DNA of 64,000 nucleotides, taken from IMG/VR virus record IMGVR_UViG_3300020349_000009; one strand, given 5' to 3'. Position numbers and translations under genes: made by a program. The stretch's first letter is position 1; the number at the start of each line of letters is the position of its first letter. Shown here piece by piece: positions 48,918 to 61,300 of the stretch. This DNA comes from an uncultured virus (IMG/VR IMGVR_UViG_3300020349_000009) (taxonomy: Duplodnaviria > Heunggongvirae > Uroviricota > Caudoviricetes). The notes under the pieces were generated by a model that was given only the letters and a program-made list of their open reading frames with translations, was not told where the DNA came from and searched no databases.

Positions 48918-51188
48918 ATGAGTAAATATTTAAATGCTTTAAAAAATAAAAGGTCTAAGTTTCATGGAGGCGGCCATAATAACCTTGCGGATGGGACTTG
49001 GAGTCCTCATGATCCAAACGAAAGAGCGCATGTAGACAAAGAACTTGAATATTTAGAAAGTGATGCAGACTTTGATAATGATGGTAAAGTTTCTGAAGCA
49101 GAAAGACATAAAGCAAGGCAAGCTCTTGGAAGAACAAAAAATACAAAATATGACATGGACAGAACAAATGCTGCTGGTACTGATGTAAGGGCAGGAAAAG
49201 ACGGCATAACTTCAAAAGAAAATAGGAACTTAAAAGAAGGCGACATAGCTCTTCAAGGTACAGACAGTTCTTTAGCACGGCAGAAAAAAGATAATGAGTT
49301 CTTAGTTAATAAAGGATATGATCTTAATAATGATGGTGTAGTATCTAATCAAGAGCATGTAGCAGCCAAAGAAGATAAAGCTCTTTTAAGAACTGAGGAG
49401 CAAGTAAAAAAAGGACAGAAGGATCGTAAGCTAGGCTATGATACAAAGTATGCTCCAGTAGATATTCATACTGAAAAACAAGCAGACAAAGCTACGGTAA
49501 CTGATGCAAAGACAGGCCTTGCTGCGGATATTTCAAAAGATGATGAAGCGGCTGCTCCTTTTTTAACTGATACAGACGACATTCAACAAATTTCAACAAC
49601 CCCTACTGCAATAACATCACAGACTGTATCGGCTGAAACCTTAGCGCCTGCAGCAGCACTTAAAGCAAGTCAAGCGGCATCTAGCGATCCTGTAAAAGCA
49701 AGTAAATATCAAGCAGTAATGGCTGTAGATTTAGTAGGTCAAATGACTCCTGCTGAAAGAAACCAAGCGGCTGGCGAATTTCAAAACAGTCCTGAAGTAA
49801 AAGAATATAATAGGCTTTCTACTGAACTTCAAAACAGCCCCGCTTACAAAAATGCTGCAAAGAAGATTAATCTTTTAGTTGGCGCTGGCGTAGATCCTGA
49901 GTCTTCTGAATTTAAACAAGCTATAAAAGAAATGGAAACCCTTCAAGCTCCATTAGTAGAAAAATCAAATAAACTTGCAATAGCTCAGCAACAACACATA
50001 AAAGATTTTAAAAAGAATCTTTTAGGAGAAGTCCCGCAAGGTACTGCCGTTTCTGTTTTAGATGCAATAGACGTTACTAAAAAACAAACTACTGCTCAGG
50101 CAGGCTCTAAGTTAGCAAACGAAAATGGCGTAGACAGTGAATTAAGTGACGCTATTGCAAATGATCCTGTAGGCGCTTTAGATAAAATGGACGGCACAGA
50201 CATTGAAAGTCGTGCAAATATAGCAGACCTTCCAGAAGAAGCTCTTATGTCTACGCAACTAGACGGTTTACTTGCAGGCATGGAAGAAGGAAAGACTCCG
50301 CTATGGGCAAAGCCAGCAGTAGATAAAGTAAATGCTATGATGGCTGCAAGAGGCATGTCTGCTTCTACTGTAGGCCGAGATGCTTTGTTTAGTGCTATTA
50401 TTGAAAGCGCAATGCCTATAGCACAAGACAATGCTAAAGCCTTGCAAGCACGAGCAGCTCAAAAATTAGATGCTGCTGTTCAATTTAAAAAGCAAGAAAA
50501 AGACTTCGAGCAACAAATGAAGATAACAAATCTTCAAAATCAACAACAAGCTTTTATTCAAGGTCGAGAGCTAAGACAACAAACTATGCTTGCAAACCAA
50601 GCGGCTCAAAACGCTTCTTTGCAATTTAATGCGTCAAGCCAACAGCAGACAGATCAGTTTATGGCTTCAATGAAAAACAACATTAATCAATTTAATGCTA
50701 CTCAAGATAACGCAATGAAGCAGTTTAATACAGCCGAAATAAATAAAATGAATGCAATAAATGTAGGGAATAAATTACAAGCAGATCAATTTACTGCCAA
50801 TTTACGACAAGACGCTGAAAAGTTTTATGAGTCTAATGTACTTCAACGTGAACAATTTAATGCAACGAATGCTCAAGCAGTACAGCAATCGGATATAGCT
50901 TGGCGCAGGAATACAAACACTGCCGCTACCGCAGCTTTCAATGCTGCAAATCAGCAAAATGTTCAAAACGAATATAACTTAACAGCTCTTGATCAGGCTC
51001 AAGTATGGTTACAAATAAGAGACAACATGGCTTATATACGACAAAACTACGAGAATGAACAACAACGCATAGCTCAACTGTACGCAACTGCAATAGGTAA
51101 CGAAGCGTCTATGGGAGCAGCTAAATCATCTGTAACAACGGCTAATCAAAAAGCGTCTGCTGATTTTATTGATACCCTGTTTAGTTAA
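48918..51188 (+). CDS. Internal virion/ejection protein, Q/N/A-rich, with two EF-hand-like loops (module B)
   Basis: QFNA repeats; DFDNDGKVSEAE and DLNNDGVVSNQE. Confidence 0.6.
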   Translation: MSKYLNALKNKRSKFHGGGHNNLADGTWSPHDPNERAHVDKELEYLESDADFDNDGKVSEAERHKARQALGRTKNTKYDMDRTNAAGTDVRAGKDGITSKENRNLKEGDIALQGTDSSLARQKKDNEFLVNKGYDLNNDGVVSNQEHVAAKEDKALLRTEEQVKKGQKDRKLGYDTKYAPVDIHTEKQADKATVTDAKTGLAADISKDDEAAAPFLTDTDDIQQISTTPTAITSQTVSAETLAPAAALKASQAASSDPVKASKYQAVMAVDLVGQMTPAERNQAAGEFQNSPEVKEYNRLSTELQNSPAYKNAAKKINLLVGAGVDPESSEFKQAIKEMETLQAPLVEKSNKLAIAQQQHIKDFKKNLLGEVPQGTAVSVLDAIDVTKKQTTAQAGSKLANENGVDSELSDAIANDPVGALDKMDGTDIESRANIADLPEEALMSTQLDGLLAGMEEGKTPLWAKPAVDKVNAMMAARGMSASTVGRDALFSAIIESAMPIAQDNAKALQARAAQKLDAAVQFKKQEKDFEQQMKITNLQNQQQAFIQGRELRQQTMLANQAAQNASLQFNASSQQQTDQFMASMKNNINQFNATQDNAMKQFNTAEINKMNAINVGNKLQADQFTANLRQDAEKFYESNVLQREQFNATNAQAVQQSDIAWRRNTNTAATAAFNAANQQNVQNEYNLTALDQAQVWLQIRDNMAYIRQNYENEQQRIAQLYATAIGNEASMGAAKSSVTTANQKASADFIDTLFS

Positions 51189-51201
51189 TTAGGAGAAAGA
51201 A

Positions 51202-52686
51202 ATGGGATTAAAATTTAAACTTAAATTTAAAAAATTTAAAAAGTCTGTAAAGAAACGTATAAAGAGCGTTGGCAAAGTAATTAAAAAAATAGCCAAAGCT
51301 ACAGGCATAGACAAAGCTGTGCGTTGGGTAGGCGGCAAAATTAAAAAGGCTTTTAAATCTTTTGGAAAGTTTATGGGCAAGATAGGTGTCGTAGGTCAGA
51401 TAGCTATGATGTTTATACTTCCTGGAATTGGTGGAGCTTTAATGAAAGGTCTTTCAGCTTTTAGTCAAGCTGCAATAGGCGCAAGTAATTTTATTGTTCA
51501 AGGAGTTGGGCATTTAGCTAAGTTCGCACATACAGCAATAAGTACGGTTGGTAACGTATTTAGCAATGTTACAAAAGGTGTAATGGACACGCTTGGGAAC
51601 TTTGGTAAAACGCTTGGAAAGAAAATGGGCTTTGATACTGGAGGCGCACAGAACTTTTTTGGTTCAGGCGACAGTGCTTTTAGTCGAAGCTTTACCAATA
51701 AAGACGTTAGCCGTTTTCAAAATTTAACTTTAGGTGAAGACGCTTATCAGAAAAAACTTCTTAGCGGAATGGAAAAAATAAATGCTGAAGCTGCTTTAAA
51801 GGCTTCTAATATTCAAGTAGTAGAAAGCAAGCCAGACTTTGTTAAGGGCGCACCAGACGCTTCTCAAGTTTATGGAGATACTGTTCCTACAATAGATTCT
51901 ACTATGGGAATGACAGACCAACAAATTATAGAGTTTAATAAGACAGCTATTGATGGTGGAGTTACTGTAGCAAACCCTGACGGAAGTTTTAGTCTTTTAG
52001 ATCAGCAAGTAGTTACTCCTGAAGTAATGGAAATACCTGTAGGGGAATTAGGCACAACTGGATCAAATCCTTTTCTTGATTCTAGGGGCGGTTTTGAAGC
52101 TGTTTCAGATAGCGTACTTTCGCCTGAATTAACAATGGATCAAAAAATAGCTCAAGGTTATGCAGGAAAAGGAGCAGATCTTTTAGCTTCTCAACAAAAT
52201 GCAGGAATGAATTTATCAAATCAAAGTTTATTAGATAAAGCTAAAACAGGAATAAGTGATTTTTATCAAGACTCTAAAGCTGCGGTAGGTAAAAAAGTTG
52301 GTGAAGGTATTGATTTTATTACAGATCCCGAAGCTATAATTGATAAAGGCGTTGAGCTAGGTGGAGATGCAATAGGTAAAGCGGTTCAAGTTTATGGAAC
52401 AACACGAGCGCAAGAAATGGCTTTAGTTGCTGAGCATGGAGAAGGCTTTAGGACTCCTGTTGATAACAGCGTAAGTAATGTTTATAGAACTTACATACCT
52501 GAATTTACTACAGCAACTATGGGGCAAACAGGTGCAGGCTATGCCGACACAACTAACCAGTACGAGTCTCTTGCTTATAGTGGACAACAATACGGAAATA
52601 CAGCTTATCAATTAGACACTGGTTGGAGTTCTTATATAAACAGAGTAGGGCAAGGCTCTCAATTTAATGCAAGTAGTTGGGGTTAA
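51202..52686 (+). CDS. Putative ejection/pilot protein with very basic amphipathic N-terminus
   Basis: K-rich first ~60 aa followed by a G-rich hydrophobic segment; synteny. Confidence 0.55.
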   Translation: MGLKFKLKFKKFKKSVKKRIKSVGKVIKKIAKATGIDKAVRWVGGKIKKAFKSFGKFMGKIGVVGQIAMMFILPGIGGALMKGLSAFSQAAIGASNFIVQGVGHLAKFAHTAISTVGNVFSNVTKGVMDTLGNFGKTLGKKMGFDTGGAQNFFGSGDSAFSRSFTNKDVSRFQNLTLGEDAYQKKLLSGMEKINAEAALKASNIQVVESKPDFVKGAPDASQVYGDTVPTIDSTMGMTDQQIIEFNKTAIDGGVTVANPDGSFSLLDQQVVTPEVMEIPVGELGTTGSNPFLDSRGGFEAVSDSVLSPELTMDQKIAQGYAGKGADLLASQQNAGMNLSNQSLLDKAKTGISDFYQDSKAAVGKKVGEGIDFITDPEAIIDKGVELGGDAIGKAVQVYGTTRAQEMALVAEHGEGFRTPVDNSVSNVYRTYIPEFTTATMGQTGAGYADTTNQYESLAYSGQQYGNTAYQLDTGWSSYINRVGQGSQFNASSWG

Positions 52687-52691
52687 TAATA

Positions 52692-53378
52692 ATGGTTGAT
52701 GAAGAAGTTAAAAAAGAACAAGCACAAGAAGAATTAGATTACGATACTTATTCAAAGCAAGCAATGATAGATGGGCCTATTGCTGGACAGTCTTTATTAA
52801 CAGACCCAGCAAGTCCTCGACCTGACGAAAAGCCTCCGTTTTTTACGGCTCTCAAACCTGCTTTAGAATATGTGTGGTCTAAATTAATAGAGCCTGAAAA
52901 ATATACAAAAGTTATGCAGCTTTTAGGCGCTGAAGTTCCTGTGCTTAGTTTAGCTAAAGGCATGTTGTTTGTAGGCGTAAGAGATGGTAAATGGAACCCT
53001 GACATGATGTTACTTTTGTTAGAGCCTGTTTCTTATATGCTTATTGCCCTTGCAGAACGTCAAGGAATACCTTTAGTTATCTATGAAGGCGAACAAGACG
53101 ATGAAGAAGCTGAAGAAGATATGATGGGAGTTTCTATTGAAGAGGAGCAACTTGCAGATCTTAGACGTAGCGCAGAGTCTAGTCGAGTACCAGAAGGTAT
53201 TTTGTCTGCAAAGATGCAAGCAGATTTAGAATCTATTCCAAAGCGTTCAGGTTTTGAGGTAGATGAAATGAACACAGGCGCTTCTGGAGAAGAACGCCCA
53301 AGCACATCTGATGAGCCTATGCCTGAAGCGGAACGGCCAGCAGAGCCTCAAGAAAGTTTAATGTCTAAACCAGAATAA
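52692..53378 (+). CDS. Acidic hypothetical virion-module protein
   Basis: PIAGQSL...P.EKPP, G.WNPD..LLL.EP motifs; start taken at ATG 52692. Confidence 0.6.
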   Translation: MVDEEVKKEQAQEELDYDTYSKQAMIDGPIAGQSLLTDPASPRPDEKPPFFTALKPALEYVWSKLIEPEKYTKVMQLLGAEVPVLSLAKGMLFVGVRDGKWNPDMMLLLLEPVSYMLIALAERQGIPLVIYEGEQDDEEAEEDMMGVSIEEEQLADLRRSAESSRVPEGILSAKMQADLESIPKRSGFEVDEMNTGASGEERPSTSDEPMPEAERPAEPQESLMSKPE

Positions 53379-53392
53379 AGGAAATATATAAT

Positions 53393-55387
53393 ATGTCTAT
53401 TCAAGATGTAGGTCAGTCGTTATTAGCTAATGTTCGTGAGCGCAAAGATCAACAGTATGAGCAATATAAAAAAGATCAAAGAGATGCTCAAAGAACTGCG
53501 GATCGCAAAGAGCGTCAAGAGAAATTGCTTAATTATGGAATTGGGTTTTTAGTTGATGTAGGCAATAACATTGTTGCTAACAAAACAAAAGATTTTTTAA
53601 CTTCTGAAGATCAACTTGCAAAAACAGCGAGCATTAAAAATGCTAACGCTTTTGCTCAAGACTATGCAAACACAGAAGCGCAAATAAAAGCTTATAGTGG
53701 CACTTCTCAAGATTATTTTGCTGAGCAAGCTTTGCCTACCGTTCAAACTTTAATTAATACTAAGTATAGCGTAGGCTATAACGAAGCTGAAAAGCAAGCC
53801 GCTACGGCAGCTTTATCTATGAAGTATGGCAAGTCGCTCTACGATGCTCATGAACTACAAAGAGGTGTTTACGATAGGCTAGTTGCAGGAGACGTAAACT
53901 TTATAGAATATAAAAAAGAAATAGCTGATCTTCAGCCTACAACTATGCTAGGCGCTTTAAAACAAAAAGCTGCTAGTTTGTTTAGTAAAGGCGAAGACAT
54001 TGGTTATCAGACAGCAAGATCAATGGGCATGTTAGATATTGTAGATAGCGCATTAGATACTGATGACGATGGTATAGTTAGTGCGGAAGAAAGAGGCAAA
54101 AAAGCTTTTTATAATGTTTATCGGCAGTCAAAAAATAATATTTTTGCTACCCACGATCTTCTTCAAGACCTTAAAGACGCAGGAATTAACATATCTAAAG
54201 CTACTCCAACGCTAGGTAAGCCTACTAATATTTATACAGTAAATGACTATGGAGAACAAAGACAAGTATCTATTCAAGAAAAAACAATTAATGGCGTTTC
54301 TGTTGGTTGGTATGAAGTAGGAACAGGCAACCCTTTTACAAGTCAAAATGGTGAAAGCGTTGACGTTTTAAAAGAAGCGGCAGTAGTACAGTTAGCTAAA
54401 GTTAAATCAATACAGCCTCAAATTAATGAACTTATAAACCAAAACGATGATGCAAGAGACGCTTGGTCAATAGCCATGAATGCTTTAATAGGAGATGCTT
54501 CAGATTCAACAGTACAAAAAGAACGTACAGAATTTGTTGAACGCAGAATGTTTTGGCCTATTACTAAGACAGCTAAGAAACTTCAAAATACTTATGGAGT
54601 AAGTAACCGAGCAGCAATGCAAATAGCTGTTGAGATGCACACTTTAAACTATGGGTTTATTGCAGAAAAAGGTGGTTTTTTTCGTCAGAAAGATGAAGTA
54701 GACATGAGCATGAGCTTGATGCCTGATTTAAAATGGAACAGTCAGCTTGCAGCCGCAGCGGTCTATAATATAGAACAAGACCAAAGATGGAGTTCGTATG
54801 TCCGAGTAAATGACTCGTCAGTAGGAGCAAATGATGGCCTTATGACTTCGTTACTTAATGAGCCTCCAAAAGACATGTCCCTTAAACAAGTAGAGGCTTT
54901 TATTGGTGATGTAGAAGAAGGAGGCAAAGGTGGTTTCTTAGGTCAGGCTAGGTTTAGAGGTATGCCTTTTTACAGTGAAGTAACAAACCAAATAAAAGTA
55001 CAACAAGTTAAAAACATTACTCAAGCTGAAGAATCTGTAAATACTTCACAAAGAGATTCGGTTGATGAAGTTGTTCAGTACTCTCAAGACGAAGCTAAAC
55101 ATTGGTTTATACAACATTTTGGAGCAAGTAGAGATTACGAAGATGCTATTAAAGCAACTCCAGAACAGCAACAAGCATTGATTAGAGCAACTGGTGGCGA
55201 TGTTTATTTAAATAAACGTAGAAACAGAGAGCTTGTTCATCAAAAAGCTTACGATTGGATTGGTAATAAATTATTAAAAGCTAAAGCTATTAGCGAACTA
55301 AGTCCTACTGATCAGTTGCTTTATAGAAGAAGCGAAGACAAAGACGCTTTCTTAGCTAATATTTACGGAGAAAAATTCAATGGTTGA
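53393..55387 (+). CDS. Internal virion protein (module B)
   Basis: Helical; precedes the giant protein; one DTDDDGIVSAEE loop. Confidence 0.55.
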   Translation: MSIQDVGQSLLANVRERKDQQYEQYKKDQRDAQRTADRKERQEKLLNYGIGFLVDVGNNIVANKTKDFLTSEDQLAKTASIKNANAFAQDYANTEAQIKAYSGTSQDYFAEQALPTVQTLINTKYSVGYNEAEKQAATAALSMKYGKSLYDAHELQRGVYDRLVAGDVNFIEYKKEIADLQPTTMLGALKQKAASLFSKGEDIGYQTARSMGMLDIVDSALDTDDDGIVSAEERGKKAFYNVYRQSKNNIFATHDLLQDLKDAGINISKATPTLGKPTNIYTVNDYGEQRQVSIQEKTINGVSVGWYEVGTGNPFTSQNGESVDVLKEAAVVQLAKVKSIQPQINELINQNDDARDAWSIAMNALIGDASDSTVQKERTEFVERRMFWPITKTAKKLQNTYGVSNRAAMQIAVEMHTLNYGFIAEKGGFFRQKDEVDMSMSLMPDLKWNSQLAAAAVYNIEQDQRWSSYVRVNDSSVGANDGLMTSLLNEPPKDMSLKQVEAFIGDVEEGGKGGFLGQARFRGMPFYSEVTNQIKVQQVKNITQAEESVNTSQRDSVDEVVQYSQDEAKHWFIQHFGASRDYEDAIKATPEQQQALIRATGGDVYLNKRRNRELVHQKAYDWIGNKLLKAKAISELSPTDQLLYRRSEDKDAFLANIYGEKFNG

Positions 55388-58300
55388 TTCTTTAGCTCAA
55401 AGAACATTAGACTTATATGCTCAAAGAGAGGCGGGAGGAGAAATTACTCCTGAAGATACTTTAATACAAACACAAGAAGAAGCAAACAATATTCAACGGT
55501 TATTAAAACAACCAAGAGACGTTACTGCTTTTGATCAAGATCCTGAAGTTCTTAAAGACTTTGAAACTGTAACAGACTACTTTGGTAACAACCAAACTTT
55601 CATGAGTGGTCTGCTTGATCCTGCAAGCATGTTTAATGATAGACCTTCTGAAGCTATGAGAGACGAGTTTAGAATTTCTACGCTTGCAAACAGAGCTATG
55701 GATATGAAAGATGCAACTCCAGAAGTTAAAGAGGCGTATAATAGACTTCGAGAAAAGTGGGAAGGCGCAGACATTCAAGGCTTTGACGAGTGGGCGGGTT
55801 TTGTAAAAGACTATGGCATAGATCTTATAGCTAATTTTGAAACAATACCAATGATAGCTGCTGCTTTTTATTCAGGCGGAACTGCCCCTGCTGCTGCAAA
55901 TGCAACGGTTAGGAAAGCTCTTCATAGCTCTTTAAAGAAAGGAGCTACAGCGGCCAGTAATAATCCGTTTAAGTTTGGTGCGGCCTATGGTGGTACGTTT
56001 AGTGGTGCTGCGGATATAGCAGCTCAGAATTTAAACATGAACTTAGATAATCAAGAAGAGTTTAGCTACGGTCAAAATGCTTTGTCTACTGGTCTGGGCG
56101 CTGTGCTAGGTGGGGGCATTAACTGGGGCTTGTCTAAAGTAATTAGCAAAGCGGCAACAAGACGAGCAGAGCGAGCGACCGATAATAATAGCGTTCCTTT
56201 ATCGCAATCAAGAGGCTTAGAACTTTTTGATGAAGGAATAGAAGGCGAGTGGATTCCTGCTTCTGGCGATGAAATACTTGATGGAGTAGATCAACTACTT
56301 GCAGGCAATAGATTTGCAAGAGAAGTAGATCTTGATGATATAGATCTAGGAGACTTTGATGAAATCTTAGACGACTTTGTAGCTGATGTTGGTGGCGGTC
56401 AAGCTACACGAGATCAGTTAGATGAAGTTGTACTAGGCGAATTAAAGTCTGGAGCAACTGGAGAAGTTATAAAAAATAATATAGCTTTTGCCTTGTGGAA
56501 AACATCTACCGAGTTAATTGGCACAATGTTTGGTGGCAAGTCTTCAGGTATTCTTACAAGCTACGTGCCTTATTCAAAGACTGCTGAGACTTTAAGGCAG
56601 CGTTTGTCTTTTGACTTTGGCATAAAAGCTACTCAAAAACAAGACGAAGTGGTAGGCATGGACTTTGCTGAAGTAGCTCGAAGATATACTGGTATTTTTA
56701 GAGAAAGGTATAGAGAAGCTTTAGCTCCTGTTGGTTTAGATTCTGTAAATGGTTCAATTGAAGACAGCGTTAGTGGTGCATTAAATAGAGCTATTCGTGG
56801 TCAAATGTCTCCAGACATGACTATAAATACAGCGGCAAAAAACATACAGAACATGTTTAAGCAGATAGGTGAAGAGCTACATGCGGCAGGTGTAATAGAC
56901 GAAAAAGTAGAAAACTACATTCCTCGTATGTGGAACGGCAAAGCTATTAAAAATAACAGAGATGAGTTTGAGCGTTTGTTAGTTGAAGAAGGCGAAGCTG
57001 ATAGTTTAATAGAAGCACGAAGAATTGTAGATGAAATGCTAGATATTAAAAATCAGTTAGATGGTGGGACAACAGGGCATTTCTTTTCTTCTAAGCGTAA
57101 ATTTACAGATATAAAAAATGAAGCTAAATTTACAGAGTTTTTAGAAGACGATTTGTTAAGCGTTATTGAAACTTATAACTTTCAAGCTGGTAAGTCTTTA
57201 GCTAAAGTAAAAGTATTTAAAGCTAGAAACGAAGAAGAGTTTAAAGAACAATGGTTAAATCCTATAGTAGCTGAAATGCAAAAGGCTGGAAGAACTTTAA
57301 GTCCAGCAGATAGAAAAAGAATTGTAAATCTTTATCGACTTACTACTGGAGAAAACGTAGAGCGTTTTGGCAACTCGCTACAAACAGGAGTAGATGGGTA
57401 TCAGTTAGCTACTCGTTTAGCAATGCTTCCATTAGCTACAGTAGGTAGTGTAACTGAGATACTTATTAATCTTGGTAAAGGAGGAGTGTTAAATACTGCT
57501 AAAGGTTTTAAAGAAGCCTCCGAAGTAGCTTATAAAACTATTACAAATGACCTGCACTCAGAACTTAAAAACAGACATGGTTTAACAACTAATGAAGTAT
57601 GGCGAGAGTTGCAGTCTTTTGGAAAAGCAATGGATCAGTCTGTAGGTCAAATAGGTAATCGTCTCGCAGGCGATGATTTAATCCACGAAGGGATGCAAGA
57701 AGTAAGCAATAAGTTTTTCCGTTTAAACTTGCTAGATCAATGGACAAAGTTTGTTCAAATATCTTCGTATGCTACAGGTAAAAATTTAATTGAAGATAAT
57801 TTAAGAGCTATAGCTGCTCACGGATCTAAAGCTAGAACAGGCAAAATAGATTCAATGCTTGGCGAATTAAATGAACTAGGCATAGACTATAAAGCTGGAG
57901 TAAATTGGATTAATAGTGGAGCAAAAAAATCTGACGATTACTATAAAGAATTTACACGAGGCGCATCACGATATGTAGATGGCGTAATTTTACAGCCTAC
58001 AGCAATGTCTAACTTAAAGCCAACTCTTTACTCTAATCCTAAGACTACTATTTTATTTCAACTTTTAGGTTATCCAGCAGCTTTTACAAATACTGTTCTT
58101 AAAGGAGCTGCAAAGTCTGTAATGAAAGACCCTAAACGAAACGGTGCTAAAGTAATGGGCGCTGCTTTGTCAATGACTGCGGCAGCTAGGTTCATGAACT
58201 GGGTACGTTCTCGTGGCGAAAGCGAAGCTTGGCACATAGATGAGTCAGAAAAAAACCTAAGAGCTATTGCACGTTGGGGCGGTAATGGTTTATTTTTAGA

Positions 58301-61300
58301 TACTTTTTCAAGATCTAAAAAGGAAGCTCTTTACGGTCAAAACCCTGCTGGCTATCTTACAATGCCATTCGGCCCTTTTGCTGGAGAAATGTTAGACATA
58401 GCTAGAGGCAGACCTGCCGAAGTGCTTGGAAACAAAGTCCCTCTTGTTGGATTAGGTACAACTCTTTTTGGTCAGGACGCAATGCGTAAGTACCGTAAGA
58501 CTTTAAAAAATATTGATAAAGGTATTTCTGACAAGTACGTTCCTGACTTTGAATATAACGTAGGCAAAGAAATGTTTTCTAAAGGTGGCGAAGTTGAAAT
58601 AGCTAGAGCAGCTTCAGAGCCTGATGAAAGAATGAATAAAGTAACAGGCGTACCTTACAACGTAGAAGCTGGCACAGCCTTTATGGACGAGCTTGATGAA
58701 GGAAGAACCGAGCGCTTTGGTTTTAATATAGGCGGTAAGATAGGTCAAAAATTATCTTCTAAATTGGCTGAAGAAATAAATGTGCATACAGAAGGCTTGT
58801 TTAATTCTAAAGCTATTAATAATGTAGCGGACGACATTAATGAAACTGTTACTCTTGGAGGAAACCTTAAAGGCATACAAGACGCACCAGCTACTACAGA
58901 CGACTTTGATACTTTAAGTTTACAAAGTATGTTTACTGACGAATACGATTTTGACGAATATGTAGACGTTGTAACTAAATCAGTTCTTGAAGGAAATGTG
59001 TCGTCTAATGAACTGCTTACAGAACTTGCAGAAGAAATAGATCCAAATTACGAAATGTTTGGAGCAATTAATGCGTCCCTTGAAAATTTAAAAATTAAAA
59101 AAGATAACTTGCTTCGGCCTGAGTTTAAAGATTTAAATTTAGGAGAAGAAGAAGAGTTAATTGAGCCTCTTACTAAATTTGTAAGTAAGCATATTAGCAA
59201 GATGTACTCTAATACTTTAAGTAAAGAAGGCGCAGAAAAAGCAGCTAAGCAGCACATAGCTAATTTAATAGTTAAAGCTGACGCAGATGATGAGATGGCT
59301 GGGTTTATAAAAGAAACTGCGGAAATAACTCCAATAGATAGAAATAGTGATGTTGCAATTGCAGCTAATAAAAATTTAAATGTTTCTAAAGAAGAATTTA
59401 TTGCTGACTCAGAAGTCACAGTCCCAGTATTTAGAGGTGTGTCTAGTTTTAATAATCATAACTACGATATTGCGTATGCCTTTCCACGAGAAATGGGAGT
59501 CCATTACGGCAATCAAGGTCAAGCAAACTACCAAGCTTTAAAAGAAATTAATTTTGATAGTGCCGTAGATAATTTTGCTTTGGCTGCAACAGGCAGGCAG
59601 AGAGTAAGTAAAAAAGCAATGTTTGATACGTTTAGAAAAGAAATGGAAAAAAATAAAAACTTAACTAATCAAGGTTTTGAAGAAGATGTTCCTCCTGTAA
59701 CTATATTAAAAGGTTATTTAAATATTAAAAATCCTTTGTTTATAAACTCGGATATGGGATCTTGGAGCGTAGACAATCTTTTAACTAAAGACTATGACTT
59801 AGTAGAAAATGCGATAGAAGATGAACTTGGTAGAGAACTTAATGATATTGAAATAAATTTAATAGATGAAATGTCTTTTAGAGCTGTTGCTCTTGAATCT
59901 AAATTTATTCTTGAAGCTTCAGAAGATGCAAACAGTGGAGGAACAAACAAGGTTCAAAACGAAATTGCAATGCTTCTTGATCATGCAAGACTAACAAAAG
60001 ATTTTCAAAGTTTCTTAAAAGGTTTAGGTTTTGATGGCATTAAATACAAAAATCAAGTAGAGCCACCGTTCCAAGGCGAAGAGTTTTATTCATATATTGC
60101 TTTTGACCCACAGCAGTTTAAAAATGCAAGCGCTGCTAAGTTTGATTTAAATGATCCTAGAGATATGTACTCTGAAGGCGGATCAGTTATAGCTAGGAAG
60201 CTTGGTATTCCTGACGAAGCTTTGTCGTGGGCTAGAAGCCAACGAGATAGGTTTCCAAAGAGCGAAAGCTATGACGGAATCGGAGATGCGGCAGCTCATT
60301 TAGCTCTTGGTTTTATAACTAAAAATGCTAAATATCCTAAAGCTGCTTTGTTTGCAGCAAACGCTAGGGAGTTTGTAACTCTTGATCATGTTGGCGGCAA
60401 GATGGATATTCATAACAATAAACTAGGTTCTCAAATAAAGGCTAGGGATTTTAAACAAGCAGAGCAGGTCATTGATAAATTAATAGCAGACCGAAAAGCT
60501 GTATTTATGACTCCATCTGAAAGTAAAGCAAGACGAGGCTACAGTGAAGGAGGCCAAACTTCATATACAGTTGAGTCTGGAGATACTTTAACATCTATAG
60601 CTAGGGATGCTGGCACAACAATAGAAGCTATAATGGGCGTTAATGATATTAAAGATGCTAATTTAATTTATGTAGATCAAAAGATTGTATTGCCTACAGA
60701 AAAAACATTTGAAGAAAATAAAGTAGTTAGTTCTCTTTCTTCAATGCGTGAAAAACAAGGAAGAAACAATAAGGCAGGAAAGGCGCTTAATAGACTCCGT
60801 AAACTTCGTCAAGATTCAGGCATATCGTCAGATACTTTAAAGGCTTTAAAAAACATTAAAGAAAGATTAGTGCCTAAAGAAAAAGAGCCTGAAGAAAAAA
60901 GTTTTATTGCAAGCATACGGCAGGCCGCAAACAATCAAGTGGTTAGGAACTTTGCAGATTTCTTTAATCCGTTTCAAGGAGACAAGACAGAAGCAGACTA
61001 CAACCCAAGTGTAATTGAAGCGTTGCGTTTTGCAGCAAAGAGCGCTTTAAACAAAGGTAAATTTAATATTGACTACAGTGATTACAATTTACAAGAGTCT
61101 AATGTTAGAGGTCAAGTAGCTTATCCAGAGCAAAGAGAACGAGACAATCTGCAAGCTCGTATGATTCGAGGCGACATTACGCCTACAGAAGAAGCGGCTT
61201 TTTCAGTAGGTGGCGCTCAGCTTGCTGTTGAAGACGGCAAAGTATACGTTACAGATGTCTATAACTTTAATAACATAGGCGAGCGTATATCTACAGCACT

